DNA of 64,000 bases from Paraspadella gotoi. Lineage: Eukaryota > Animalia > Chaetognatha. The notes below the pieces were generated by a model. That model had not been told where the DNA came from, made no database searches, and was given only the letters and a program-made list of their open reading frames with translations. Position numbers and translations under genes: made by a program. The DNA lies in contig CM119270.1 in assembly GCA_051294375.1 (NCBI GenBank), positions 15,561,845-15,625,844 of the forward strand, written 5' to 3'. This document shows positions 1 to 22,750 of this stretch, in pieces (within the stretch, counting starts at the first letter, position 1; each line of letters begins with the position of its first letter).

Positions 1-8624
<8,624 letters not shown>

Positions 8625-9311
8625 GCTTTTGTTTGTTGTATCTTTTTAAACGAATTAAACAAAACAAAATATACTCCATATCGGTACTAATATCGACAAC
8701 GACAACAACAAAAAATCTTGGTTTGAGATCAATTTAAACGCGAACTTGAAATTTGTCTCTTTTTGCTGTAACTTGGTTGGAATCGTGTGGTGTTATGTTC
8801 TCTTTGCACTGTTATGACAATCACGAAAAAAAACTTGGACAAAACTCTGATAAAAACAGGTTGTTTCTTTTTCCTTTCGTTTTTCTTACCTTGCGATAAT
8901 TGTAACGTGAATTAATGTTTATTTTTCCCGCCTTTTCATTGAAAAAACATAATTTGGTTTTTCATTAATTTTTTTTTTTGGCGTTTACTTTTTGGGTTGT
9001 ATTGGGCCCTCCTCTCCGCGAAAATTATTTAACAATCTAGGTTTTTTATGTATTTTTTCTTATCTTTTTTTTTTTTTGAGAAAAAAATGTTGTGTGTTGT
9101 AGCAAATATAAGTGAACGCAAATATAATAATAAAACAAAAACCGCCGAGTCGTTTCAGGTTTTTTTTATTTAATGAGAGAAAACAGAACAACAGTTGTGA
9201 ACAACTTCTCATGCTCCGACCTTTTTTGGTTTTGAGTTTTTCTGGGGGGAAAATGAGCTATCGAATGCGCCTCTCCGATTCTTTTTTCTTTATGTTAGAG
9301 AGAGAGAGATT

Positions 9312-9343
<32 letters not shown>

Positions 9344-11153
9344 TAGAGAGAGATAGTTTAATTTCTAATTTTTATGCCGCAAAAATATTGGGAATCGGAC
9401 TGGTACAAACAATAGTAACAAAGGAGACTAAAAAATTACAAACCAATTTCTGATGAGGCTACAAACAAAACAAAAATATGAAAGATACTACTACTATTTT
9501 TTTTTAAATTTTATTTCTGTTCCAGCTACAGTTTTTTTCGACTAGCGCCATTACCGGGCGAAACCAATCTTCACTTTCTAGTTTCATAGTTTTTCATATT
9601 TTTGCCAGAACCATCCGTAAAAAGTCTGTACAAAACATCTATACAAATACTTTTCAACAATCTACAAAAAAAAATATATGGCCGTCCAAAAAATAAAAAA
9701 AAGCACGTTTATCGAAAGCCGAGATTATCACTCAATTTACCGGCTCCATAATGCACACGGCCGTCTCTCTCGCTCTCAGAGGAGTAGCGCGCTTTTGTGG
9801 AATAAAAAGCGAAAAAAAAGGTTTTTTTTGAGTAATTGATTTATGAGTATCAAATTCATGAAAAAAGAATTAACATCGCCCCAAACTCGCCCGCAGTCGA
9901 TCAAAATCCTTTTCAAGAAGTAAACAGGATAAAAGGTAAAAATCTTGTCTAAAAATGTAGTCAAAGATTGTGAAACAATGTGAACTACAATATGAGTAAA
10001 ACCGTGCAGTAATTTTTTTTTTTTTTTTTGGTTTTTGTTTTGATTGATGACGAATTTAGCTGTAAAGAAATGCTGCAACGCGCAGTTGTTAGGGCGAAGT
10101 AGCATTTATGACTAGACGAGACAATTATTTATAAAGCGTAATTTGTTCGTAGTGTATTTTAAAATTTACTTAAATGAGTAAAATATGGATAATTTTTATA
10201 TTGGTAGTACCAATTTCATAAATTTGCTCAGCTTACTTTATCAAAATATTTTTCATCAATAGTAAAATAGAATTTAAAAAAAAATTGTTAAAAAAACTAT
10301 GGTAAAAATTAGTTAGTTTGTTTTTTTTAATAAAAGAATCTCGCTAAAACCGAGATGTTAAATTTTAACAATTCATCGAAAATCTTTGTGCCTTGTGATC
10401 CGCTAAAAGGTGCTGTCAATGATAAGAAGTGATTCTCGATTGCACATAACGCTGGTGCCGAATCATTGAGCAATACACAAAAATAACTTTAATATTCTAT
10501 CGCTTAAAAGTCTTCTATAAATTTCTACTTAGTTAAAATTTTAAAAATCTATCGTGGAAACTACTACAGGGCAATCCCGACAACAGGTTTATAACACGAG
10601 TTAGCACCCGTCAAGCTCGGTTTATCTTTGATCGTTAATTTACTTTTTTTTCACAGAAGGTGAAGATGATACGTAAAGACCCTAATACCGTTTCCCGGTT
10701 GTATATATATTAAGGTGTAATATATACTAATCAAAATATTAAATAAAGTGAAAGGCGAGTATTCTTTTCAACTACGGGAAAGGAAACTCAGGTCGTTACG
10801 CCCTCTGCATTATTGCTTATGCCCATATTTCGTCTATTTGGAAGAAATAATTTTGAGTAACGATTAAGAGCAAAAAAAAAAGAAGAAAAAAAGAAGAAGA
10901 AAAAACGTAATCGTAGATCCTTTTTTCGAGGGGAGGGGAGGGGGGATGGAGAATATAATTAACGATAAATAAATAATGAGAATAGAATAAATAATACTAA
11001 AAATATACTAAATAAATTATAACTAACGCCGCCCAAATTTTGTCTCCTTGACGTGGAAATTGCTTTTTTAGTGTCGAAAATAATTTTGATATGAGGTTTT
11101 TCGAAGTCGTCGCCTGAGCGTTCATCCTTTTTTACGTGGCTGCGGAATTGAAT

Positions 11154-11313
11154 GTGAATGTGGCGTCGCTAGCTATGACGTGAATGTGGCGTCGCTAGCT
11201 ATGACGTGAATGTGGCGTCGCTAGCTATGACGTGAATGTGGCGTCGCTAGCTATGACGTGAATGTGGCGTCGCTAGCTATGACGTGAATGTGGCGTCGCT
11301 AGCTATGACGTGG
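11154..11313. repeat. 26-bp tandem repeat (GTGAATGTGGCGTCGCTAGCTATGAC) x~6 in the alpha2-delta 3'UTR; also at ~15083-15243 and ~20144-20302
   Basis: Near-perfect copies read directly from the sequence. Confidence 0.95.
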
Positions 11314-12155
11314 TTGCGTCGCGGTTGAGACGTTTTCGAAATTACTCGTTCGTCTTTTGTCTGAGATTGTGCTTTTAAAACAATTGGTGAATGCTGAGGT
11401 GATGTTATGGTTCGGTTGTTCGGTTGGTCGGTTCACCTTTGTAAAAAATAAGTTTTGTTAACATATAGTGATGCTTTTGTTCTTCTCTTGTCCCGAGAGA
11501 CACTGTGATGTGTTGGGGTTTTTTTGTAATTTCCGTCGAGCCACCCTGTAGCGATAACTGGTTCTTCTTTTTAGACGCCCCAGAGTAACCCTGTAGACAC
11601 GATGAATCAGACTTTGGACGCGGTCATTATCCTCCGATGACGGAGATGACGACGACGACGACGAGAGCGACGATGAGAAGTCGGGGTGAAGGCAAGAGAC
11701 CGACGGCCAAACCGCAGGGAAAGTTCATTTCCTTTTCCTGAGAGTTTGTATTAGAAATATACTATGAAATTAAATTAGGGGTTCAGTTTTTTAAAAAAGT
11801 CTACATTTTAGTTTGAGCAGGTGCTTAATTCAAATTTCTTAACCTTAACTTCTTAACCTTCTTAGGCTACTCCTAATTGTATGGAGAGTTAAATGATAAA
11901 CTTTGCAAAAAAATACTCAGTTTATTATTTTATTTGATTGTGAGTATTACCCACAATCATGGCTCGTTTCATAATAAAATAAAATAATAATAAAATTAGC
12001 TCCCTATAATTATCAAAAAAATTTATGAAATTAAGTTTTTAAATTATACTACAATGAAAAAAAACGATTACCAAAGGATGGCTGCTGATGCATTCATCCT
12101 TCAAAAGACGGCGATGGCGAGGTTTCGTTTGTTGAAGGCATATTCGATCTCTGAA

Positions 12156-12260
<105 letters not shown>

Positions 12261-13060
12261 TACGATTACAAGAACAACAACATCAACAACAACATCATAA
12301 AAAACCAACAACATCAAGAAAGACTAACTCCAAGTTGGGCCCCGAGTCCTCCAAAGGCTGCTGCAAGGGAAGGTCGTCGGGTTGGATCTCGCAGTCTGAC
12401 TCGTCGCAGAAGGCGTCCGATTCCAACACGACCAACAGCATGTTGGTTCCCTCGAGCCTCGCCGCGCCGAAGGACCTTGGGGGGGCGGAGGGGGGGGTGA
12501 TAGGGGCGGAGCGGTAGGGGAGGGGATCGAGGTTAGGGGTAGGGTGACGTGGCATGGATTGATATGTAGAAGTAATTTCGACTCAAAACTATTCCTTGGT
12601 TTAATTAATGTTTTCGTTGAATGATTGATTAATTTCTTTGATTCATTGATTGAAGGATTGATTTATTGATTGATTTATGGATGGATGTCTGATTGAAAGA
12701 TTGATTAATTTATCGATTGAATTATTGATTGATTCCCTCACCTTGTGCAATTGCAGATCTGCACTTCCGCCTGAATTTGCCTGTCGGCCTCTATCTTCTC
12801 TCCAAAGTCGTACTGCGCCTGTTTCAAGATGCAGGCGCGATACTGCGTCTCCTGGTCGTCATCGCTCGCCTCGGCAGCGCCTGAGTCAATTCAATCAAGA
12901 TTAATAAAATCTATGAATACAAATACGAATTCGGTCCGCAAATTTAAATTTAAAAGAATCTTTTTTTTAAAAATATTTTTATGTTCAAACGGATTTGGGG
13001 GGGAGAGAGGGGGCGGGATTCTTTTCGGCGGGAGAAAAAAGTCCCGACTTCTTCGGAGAG

Positions 13061-13171
<111 letters not shown>

Positions 13172-13459
13172 TCATTAATTCTTGTCTTTCTTTCGCCTTC
13201 TCTCTCTGTCTCTTTCTTTCACTCTTTTTCTCGTCGCCCCTGGAGAGAGAGAGCAGGAAAGCGTGAAATTCCCTCGAGAGAGAGAGAGAGAAAGAGAGAG
13301 AGTGAGAGAGAGAAAGAGACTGGGAGAGAAAAACCAAGGAGAAGAAATTGAAAAGAGAAGAAAAGGCTACGTAGAAAAGAATAGGATAATAATAAAAAAA
13401 GGCAAAAAGAATAGTTTGAAAAAATCAATACGAGAAAAAAAATAAATTAATAAAAAAAT

Positions 13460-13460
13460 A

Positions 13461-13516
<56 letters not shown>

Positions 13517-13527
13517 AGAAGAAAGAA

Positions 13528-13563
<36 letters not shown>

Positions 13564-13564
13564 A

Positions 13565-13595
<31 letters not shown>

Positions 13596-13600
13596 GAAGG
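13460..13600. repeat. (GAAA)n tetranucleotide microsatellite, repeated in the other two duplicated blocks
   Basis: Direct inspection. Confidence 0.95.
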
Positions 13601-13712
13601 AGAGAGAAAAAAAGAAGAGAAAAAGAAAAGGAAAATAAGTGTCAGAGTCAGCGCCATAAATTCTGACGGAAAGGCCCAATGGCTGACTGAATCGGTGATG
13701 AAAAGAGAGAGA

Positions 13713-16086
13713 TATAAAAGCGAAAAAAAAGGTTTTTTTTTTTGAGTAATTGATTTATGAGTATCAAATTCATGAAAAAAAGAATTAACAATCGCCCCAA
13801 ACTCGCCCGCAGTCGATCAAAATCCTTTTCAAGAAGTAAACAGGATAAAAGGTAAAAATCTTGTCTAAAAATGTAGTCAAAGATTGTGAAACATGTGAAC
13901 TACAATATGAGTAAAACCGTGCAGTAATTTTTTTTTTTTTTTTTTTGTTTTTGTTTTGATTGATGACGAATTTAGCTGTAAAGAAATGCTGCAACGCGCA
14001 GTTGTTAGGGCGAAGTAGCATTTATGACTAGACGAGACAATTATTTATAAAGCGTAAATTTTGTTCGTAGTGTATTTTAAAATTTACTTAAATGAGTAAA
14101 AATATGATACATTTTTATATTGTAGTACAATTTCAATAATTTGCTCAGCTTACTTTATCAAAATATTTTTCATCAATGTAAAATAGAATTTAAAAAAAAA
14201 TTGTTAAAAAAACTATGGGTAAAATTTAGTTAGTTTGTTTTTTTTTAAATAAAAGAATCTCGCTAAACCGAGATGTTAAAATTTTAACAATTCATCGAAA
14301 ATCTTTGTGCCTTTGTGTCCGCTAAAAGGTGCTGTCAATGATAGAGAAGTGATTCTCGATTGCACATAACGCTGGTGCCGAATCATTGAGCAATACACAA
14401 AAATAACTTTTAATATTCTATCGCTTAAAAGTCTTCTATAAATTTCTACTTAGTTAAAATTTTAAAAATCTATCGTGGAAACTACTACAGGGCAAATCCC
14501 ACAACAGGTTTATAACACGAGTTAGCACCCGTCAAGCTCGGTTTATCTTTGATCGTTAATTTACTTTTTTTTCACAGAAGGTGAGATGATACGTAAAGAC
14601 CCTAATACCGTTTCCCGCGTTGTATATATATTAAGTGTAATATATACTAATCAAAATATTAAAATAAAGTGAAGGCGAGTATTCTTTTCAACTACGGGAA
14701 AGGAAAACTCAGGTCGTTACGCCCTCTGCATTATTGTTATGCCATATTTTCGTCTATTTTGGAAGAAATAATTTTGAGTAACGATTAAGAGCAAAAAAAA
14801 AGAAAGAAAAAAGAAGAAGAAAAAAACGTAATCGTAGATCCTTTTTTCGAGGGGAGGGGAGGGGGGATGGAAAGAATATAATTAACGATAAAATAAAATA
14901 ATGAGAATAGAATAAATAATAATACTAAAAATATACTAATAAATTATAACTAAGCGCCGCCAAATTTTGTCTCCTTGACGTGGAAATTGCTTTTTTAGTG
15001 TCGAAAATAATTTTTGATATGAGGTTTTTCGAAAGTCGTCGCCTGAGCGTTCATTCCTTTTTTACGTGGCTGCGGAATTGAATGTGATGTGTGCGTCGCT
15101 AGCTATGACGTGAATGTGGCGTCGCTAGCTATGACGTGAATGTGGCGTCGCTAGCTATGACGTGAATGTGGGTCGCTAGCTATGACGTGAATGTGGCGTC
15201 GCGTAGCTATGACGTGAATGTGGCGTCGCTAGCTTTGAACGTGGTTGCGTCCGGTTGAGACGTTTTCGAAATTACTCGTTCGTCTTTTTGTCTGAGATTG
15301 TGCTTTTAAAACAATTGGTTAAATGCTGAGGTGATGTTATGGTTCGGTTGTTCGTGTTGGTCGTTCACCTTTGTAAAAAATAAGTTTTTGTTAACATATA
15401 GTGATGCTTTTTGTTCTTCTCTTGCCCGAGAGACACTGTGATGTGTTGGGGTTTTTTTTGTAATTTCCGTTCGAGCCACCCTGTAGCGATACTGGTTCTT
15501 CTTTTTAAAGACGCCCCAGAGTAACCCTGTAGACACGATGAATCAGACTTTGGACGCGGTCATTATCCTCCGATGACGGAGATGACGGACGACGACGACG
15601 AGAGCGACGATGAGAAGTCGGGGTGAAGGCAAGGACCGACGGCCAAACGCAGGGAAAGTTCATTTCCTTTTCCTGAGAGTTTGTATTAGAAATATACTAT
15701 GAAATTAAATTAGGGGTTCAGTTTTTTAAAAAAGTCTACATTTTAGTTTGAGCAGGTGCTTAATTCAAATTTCTTAACCTTAACTTCTTAACCTTCTTAG
15801 GCTACTCCTAATGTATGGAGAGTTAAATGATAAACTTTGCAAAAAAATACTCAGTTTATTATTTTATTTGATTGTGGAGTATTACCACAATCATGGCTCG
15901 TTTTCATAATAAAATAAAATAATAATAAAATTAGCTCCCTATAATTATCAAAAAAATTTATGAAATTAAGTTTTTAAATTATACTACAATGAAAAAAACG
16001 ATTACCAAAGGATGGCTGCTGATGCATTCATCCTTCAAAAGACGGCGATGGCGAGGTTTCGTTTGTTGAAGGCATATTCGATCTCT

Positions 16087-16144
<58 letters not shown>

Positions 16145-16950
16145 AGAGAGTACGATTACAAGAACAACAACATCAACAACAACATCATAAAACCAACAAC
16201 ATCAAGAAGACTAACTCCAAGTTGGGCCCCGAGTCCTCCAAAGGCTGCTGCAAGGGAAGGTCGTCGGTTGGATCTCGCAGTCTGACTCGTCGGCAGAAGG
16301 CGTCCGATTCACACACGACAACAGCATGTTGTTCCCTCGAGCCTCGCCGCGCCGAAGGACCTTGGGGGGGCGGAGGGGGGGTGATAGGGGCGGAGCGGTA
16401 GGGAGGGGATCGAGGTTAGGGGTAGGGTGACGTGGCATGGATTGATATGTAGAAGTAATTTCGACTCAAAACTATTCCTTGGTTTAATTAATGTTTTCGT
16501 TGAATGATTGATTAATTTCTTTGATTCATTGATTGAAGGATTGATTTATTGATTGATTTATGGATGGATGTCTGATTGAAAGATTGATTAATTTATCGAT
16601 TGAATTATTGATTGATTCCCTCACCTTGTCAATTGCAGATCTGCACTTCCGCCTGAATTTGCCTGTCGGCCTCTATCTTCTCTCCAAAGTCGTATCTGCG
16701 CCTGTTTCAAGATGCAGGCGCGATACTGCGTCTCCTGGTCGTCATCGCTCGCCTCGGCAGCGCCTGAGTCAATCAATCAAGATTAATAAAATCTATGAAT
16801 ACAAAATTACGAATTCGGTCAGCAAATTTAAAATTTAAAAGAACTTTTTTTTAAAAATATTTTTATGTTCAAACGGATTTGGGGGGAGAGAGGGGGCGGG
16901 GATTCTTTTCGGCGGGAGAAAAAAGTCCGACTTCTTCGGAGAGGGGAGAG

Positions 16951-17030
<80 letters not shown>

Positions 17031-17346
17031 AGAGAAATTCATTAATTCTTGTCTTTCTTTTCGCCTTCTCTCTCTTGTCTCTTTCTTTCACTCTTTTTTC
17101 TCGTCGCCCCTGGAGAGAGAGAGCAGGAAAGCGTGAAAATTCCTCGAGAGAGAGAGAGAAAAGAGAGAGAGTGGAGAGAGAGAAAGAGACTGGAGAGAAA
17201 AAACCAAGGAGAAAGAAATTGAAAAGAGAAGAAAAGGCTACGTAGAAAAGAATAGGATAATTAATAAAAAAAAGGCAAAAAGAATCAGTTTGAAAAAAAA
17301 ATCAAACGAGAAAAAAAATAAATTAATAAAAAAATAAGAGAAGAAA

Positions 17347-17398
<52 letters not shown>

Positions 17399-17416
17399 AG
17401 AGAAAGAAAGAAAGAA

Positions 17417-17463
<47 letters not shown>

Positions 17464-17592
17464 GAAGGAAGGAAGGAAAAAGAAGAAGAGAAAAAGAAAA
17501 AGGAAAATAAGTGTCAGAGTCAGCGCGCCATAAATTCTGACGGAAAGGCCCAATGGCTGACTGAATCGGTGATGAGAAATTGAGTTGTTAAG

Positions 17593-17666
<74 letters not shown>

Positions 17667-18397
17667 AGAGAGAGGAGAGAGAAGAGAAAGAGAAGACGAT
17701 TCTCACCAAAGGAACCCGACAANNNNNNNNNNNNNNNNNNNNNNNNNGCTGCCTGCATCCACGAGTAAAAGCTGAGTTGCGACCAAACGGCCGCCGCTTT
17801 CGTCGCCCACCAAGTCAGGGTGAGCGCGTCGTAGGGAACAAAGGATGGCACCCAGAAGTTGCGGGGTCCTGGGGAGTGGAAATAGGAGGTGGAAACGAGG
17901 GTGGAAAGAGATGGTGGCATTTAGCATGGAAATTTTGTTTGAAATTTAATTAAGACACAAACGAATATTCTTTCAAGACAAAACGTCTCGTCGAAAACGG
18001 AGAGAATTAATTTTCGGACGGAAGGAAAAATGGAAATGTACCGGAAATGGAAAAGAGGGAAATTAATTCTGGGGTAAGAAATGAAAAACGAGAGAAAGAG
18101 TAAACGGGGGGGAAAGTGGAGAAAATTGAGTGTGAAAGATGTGGCTTAAAGGTCGAACGAGATGACTATAAATGGTTCCAGATCTGATGGTGAAAACGTG
18201 ATGTTAGTGAATGTTTTGGATTGAGTTGCCCTCAGCAGAAATGTCCTCAGACGTCGATTAGAACAATTTCATTGGAGAATATGAAAAAAATCCTAACTAG
18301 GGTAACGATAGGACTGCCAGATACCTGCGGGCCACACTGCCTGATTTTCTAAAAAGAGCTCCAGGTTACCGCCGTGCTCCTTCCTCTCCCTGCCTAT
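13713..18397 (-). other. Middle tandem copy (copy B) of the alpha2-delta 3' region: exons 24-28 plus 3'UTR; indel-rich, contains a 25-N gap
   Basis: Aligns by eye to 9800-13700 and 22650-23420. Exon 24 (~17707-17868, split by the N gap) reads [21 protein letters not shown] in frame. Many homopolymer indels. Ends at the first minisatellite unit, followed by 25 N. Confidence 0.88.
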
Positions 18398-20624
18398 NNN
18401 NNNNNNNNNNNNNNNNNNNNNNAGAGAGATGAAAGATACTACTACTATTTTTTTTTAAATTTTATTTCTGTTCCAGCTACAGTTTTTTTGCGACTAGCGC
18501 CATTACCGGCGAAACCAATCTTCACTTTCTAGTTTCATAGTTTTTCATATTTTTTGCCAGAACCATCCGTAAAAAGTCTGTACAAAACATCTATACAAAT
18601 ACTTTTCAACAATCTAACAAAAAAAAATATATGGACCGTCAAAAAATAAAAAAAAGCACGTTTATCGGAAAGCCGAGATTATCACTCAACTTACCGGCCT
18701 CCATAATGCACCACGGCCGTCTTCTTCTCGCTCTCAGAGGAGTAGCGCGCTTTTGTGGAATAAAAAGCGAAAAAAAAGGTTTTTTTTTTTGAGTAATTGA
18801 TTTATGAGTATCAAATTCATGAAAAAAGAATTAACATCGCCCCAAACTCGCCCGCAGTCGATCAAAATCCTTTTCAAGAAGTAAACAGGATAAAAGGTAA
18901 AAATCTTGTCTAAAAATGTAGTCAAAGATTGTGAAACAATGTGAACTACAATATGAGTAAAACCGTGCAGTAATTTTTTTTTTTTTTTGTGTTTTTGTTT
19001 TGATTGATGACGAATTTTAGCTGTAAAGAAATGCTGCAACGCGCAGTTGTTAGGGCGAAGTAGCATTTATGACTAGACGAGACGATTATTTATAAAGCGT
19101 AATTTGTTCGTAGTGTATTTTAAATTACTTAATGAGTAAAATATGGATAATTTTATATTGGTAGTACAATTTCATAAATTTGCTCAGCTTACTTTAATCA
19201 AAATATTTTTCATCATATAAAATAGAATTTAAAAAAAAATTGTTAAAAAAACTATGGGTAAAAATTAGTTAGTTTGTTTTTTTTTAATAAAAGAATCTCG
19301 CTAAACCGGAGATGTTAAATTTTAACAATTCATCGAAAATCTTTGTGCCTTTGTGTCCGCTAAAAGGTGCTGTCAATGATAAGAAGTGATTCTCGATTGC
19401 ACATAACGCTGGTGCCGAATCATTGAGCAATACACAAAAATAACTTTAAATATTCTATCGCTTAAAAGTCTTCTATAAATTTCTACTTTAGTTAAAATTT
19501 TAAAAATCTATCGTGGAAACTACTACAGGGCAAATCCCGACAAACAGGTTTATAACACGAGTTAGCACCCGTCAAGCTCGGTTTATCTTTGATCGTTAAT
19601 TTACTTTTTTTTCACAGAAGGTGAGATGATACGTAAAGGACCCTAATACCGTTTCCCGGTTGTATATATATTAAGTGTAAATATATACTAATCAAAATAT
19701 TAAATAAAGTGAAAAGGCGAGTATTCTTTTCAACTACGGGAAAGGAAAACTCAGGTCGTTAACGGCCCTCTGCATTATTGCTTATGCCCATATTTCGTCT
19801 ATTTGGAAGAAATAATTTTGAGTAACGATTAAGAGCAAAAAAAAAAAAGAAAAAAGAAGAAGAAAAAAACGTAATTCGTAGATCCTTTTTTCGAGGGGAA
19901 GGGGGATGGTTTTCGGAGGATGGCAGGAATATACATTGGGATGAGATAAAACGATAAATAAATAATGAGAATAGAATAAATAATACTAAAAATATACTAA
20001 ATAAATTATAACTAACGCCGGCCCAAATTTTGTCTCCTTGACGTGGAAATTGCTTTTTTAGTGTCGAAAATAATTTTGATATGAGGTTTTTCGAAGTCGT
20101 CGCCTGAGCGTTCATTCCTTTTTTACGTGGCTGCGGAATTGAATGTGAATGTGGCGTCGCTAGCTATGACGTGAATGTGGCGTCGCTAGCTATGACGTGA
20201 ATGTGGCGTCGCTAGCTATGACGTGAATGTGGGTCGCTAGCTATGACGTGAATGTGGCGTCGCTAGCTATGACGTGAATGTGGCGTCGCTAGCTATGACG
20301 TGGTTGCGTCGCGGTTGAGACGTTTTCGAAATTACTCGTTCGTCTTTTTGTCTGAGATTGTGCTTTTTAAAACAATTGGTGAAATGCTGAGGTGATGTTA
20401 TGGTTCGGTTGTTCGGTTGGTCGTTCACCTTTGTTAAAAAATAAGTTTTTGTTAACATATAGTGATGCTTTTTGTTCTTCTCTTGTCCCGAGAGACCACT
20501 GTGATGTGTTGGGGTTTTTTTTTGTAATTTCCGTCGAGCCACCCTGTAGCGATAACTGGTTCTTCTTTTTAGACGCCCCAGAGTAACCCTGTAGACACGA
20601 TGAATCAGACTTTGGACGCGGTCA

Positions 20625-21158
20625 TTATCCTCCCGATGACGGAGATGACGACGACGACGACGAGAGCGACGATGAGAAGTCGGGGTGAAGGCAAGAGACC
20701 GACGGCCAAACCGCAGGGAAAGTTCATTTCCTTTTCCCTGAGAGTTTGTATTAGAAATATACTATGAAATTAAATTAGGGGTTCAGTTTTTTAAAAAAGT
20801 CTACATTTTAGTTTGAGCAGGTGCTTAATTCAAATTTCTTAACCTTAACTTCTTAAACCTTCTTAGGCTACTCCTAATTGTATGGAGAGTTAAATGATAA
20901 ACTTTGCAAAAAAATACTCAGTTTATTATTTTATTTGATTTGTGAGTATTACCACAATCATGGCTCGTTTTCATAATAAAATAAAATAATAATAAAATTA
21001 GCTCCCTATAATTATCAAAAAAATTTATGAAATTAAGTTTTTAAATTATACTACAAATGAAAAAAACGATTACCAAAGGATGGCTGCCTGATGCATTCAT
21101 CCTTCAAAAGACGGCGATGGCGAGGTTTCGTTTGTTGAAGGCATATTCGATCTCTGAA

Positions 21159-21237
<79 letters not shown>

Positions 21238-22048
21238 AGAGAAGAGTACGATTACAAGAACAACAACATCAACAACAACATCATAAAAAACCAACAACAT
21301 CAAGAAGACTAACTCCAAGTTGGCCCCGAGTCCTCCAAAGGCTGCTGCAAGGGAAGGTCGTCGGTTGGATCTCGCAGTCTGACTCGTCGCAGAAGGCGTC
21401 CGATTCACACACGACCAACAGCATGTTTGGTTCCCTCGAGCCTCGCCGCGCCGAAGGACCTTGGGGGGGCGGAGGGGGGGGTGATAGGGGCGGAGCGGTA
21501 GGGGAGGGATCGAGGTTAGGGGTAGGGTGACGTGGCATGGATTGATATGTAAAGTAATTTTCGACTCAAAACTATTCCTTGGTTTAATTAATGTTTTTCG
21601 TTGAATGATTGATTAATTTCTTTGATTCATTGATTGAAGGATTGATTTATTGATTGATTTATGGATGGATGTCTGATTGAAAGATTGATTAATTTATCGA
21701 TTGAATTATTGATTGATTCCCTCACCTTGTGCAATTGCAGATCTGCACTTCCGCCTGAATTTGCCTGTCGGCCTCTATCTTCTCTCCAAAGTCGTACTTG
21801 CGCCTGTTTCAAGATGCAGGCGCGATACTGCGTCTCCTGGTCGTCATCGCTCGCCTCCGCAGCGCCTGAGTCAATTCAATCAAGATTAATAAAATCTATG
21901 AATACAAATATACGAATTCGGTCGCAAATTTAAAATTTAAAAGAATCTTTTTTTAAAAATATTTTTATGTTCAAACGGATTTGGGGGGGAGAGAGGGGGC
22001 GGGGATTCTTTTCGGCGGGAGAAAAAAGTCCCGACTTCCTTCGAGAGG

Positions 22049-22126
<78 letters not shown>

Positions 22127-22415
22127 TCATTAATTCTTGTCTTTCTTTCGCCTTCTCTCTCTGTCTCTTTCTTTCACTCTTTTTTTCGTCGCCCCTGGAG
22201 AGAGAGAGCAGGAAGCGTGAAAATTCCTCGAGAGAGAGAGAGAGAAAGAGAGAGAGTGAGAGAGAGAAAGAGACTGGAGAGAAAAAACCAAGGAGAAGAA
22301 ATTGAAAAGAGAAGAAAAGGCTACGTAGAAAAGAATAGGATAATTAATAAAAAAAGGCAAAAAGAATAGTTGTGAAAAAATCAAACGAGAAAAAAAATAA
22401 ATTAATAAAAAAATA

Positions 22416-22447
<32 letters not shown>

Positions 22448-22480
22448 AAAAGAAGAAAGAAAGAAAGAAGAAGAAAAAAA

Positions 22481-22513
<33 letters not shown>

Positions 22514-22514
22514 A

Positions 22515-22545
<31 letters not shown>

Positions 22546-22662
22546 GAAGGAAGAGAAAAAAAGAAGAGAAAAAGAAAAGGAAAATAAGTGTCAGAGTCAG
22601 CGCCATAAATTCTGACGGAAAGGCCCAATGGCTGACTGAATCGGTGATGAGAAATTGAGTTG

Positions 22663-22750
<88 letters not shown>

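Noticed and set aside
9450-9490. CTGATGAG...GAAA hammerhead candidate
   Set aside because: No stem II can form between the core boxes. The CTGATGAG at ~55882 likewise lacks a correctly placed GAAA.
9776-10105. 109-aa minus-strand ORF present in all three duplicated blocks
   Set aside because: AT-rich, no homology cues, differs by frameshifts between copies, and lies in the presumed 3'UTR. Its recurrence only reflects the duplication.
11154-11313. 26-bp repeats as CRISPR direct repeats
   Set aside because: No spacers; a perfect head-to-tail tandem repeat.
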